Positions 27,868 through 27,891 of a stretch of DNA of 27,891 bases are shown one piece after another. Numbering within the stretch: the first letter of the stretch is position 1; each line of letters starts with the position of its first letter. Both the position numbers and the translations under genes were made by a program. The notes beneath the pieces were generated by a model. That model saw nothing but the letters and a program-made list of their open reading frames with translations, was not told the origin of the DNA and did not search any database. Origin of the DNA: Candidatus Cloacimonadota bacterium (lineage in GTDB: Bacteria; Cloacimonadota; Cloacimonadia; Cloacimonadales; WRIO01); contig JAKQQL010000360.1 of the NCBI GenBank assembly GCA_029564175.1, positions 1 through 27,891 of the forward strand. The letters run 5' to 3'.

Positions 27868-27891
27868 CTATGTTACTACAAGTTTCCCGCC

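Overview
AT-rich bacterial core-genome window, almost all on the + strand. It opens with the 5' end of a secreted-protein gene on the - strand (1-217) and a ~1.2 kb non-coding region carrying degenerate palindromic repeats and tandem TTGACA promoters. The conserved transcription/translation cluster follows: tRNA-Thr/Tyr/Gly/Thr, tuf, rpmG, tRNA-Trp, secE, nusG, rplKAJL, rpoBC, rpsL, rpsG, fusA. This cluster does not continue into tuf or rpsJ. Instead the fusA product has a strongly diverged domain IV and is tightly linked to a STAS anti-anti-sigma protein, a receiver/RsbW-like kinase fusion, prmC and murA. Next come five GTAC-palindrome REP-like units, a C-type mnmA paired with a DUF523-DUF1722 (TudS/RudS-like) desulfidase gene, a two-gene flavin/Fe-S amino-acid dehydrogenase module with a multi-domain fused subunit, and a Liv-type substrate-binding lipoprotein. 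Gene content and protein style suggest an anaerobe of the FCB group, possibly Cloacimonadota (inference, not verified). The most interesting items are the mnmA/RudS-like putative tRNA-thiolation writer/eraser pair, the recycling-type EF-G coupled to a partner-switching module, substitutions in the RpoB rifampicin pocket, and the REP array.
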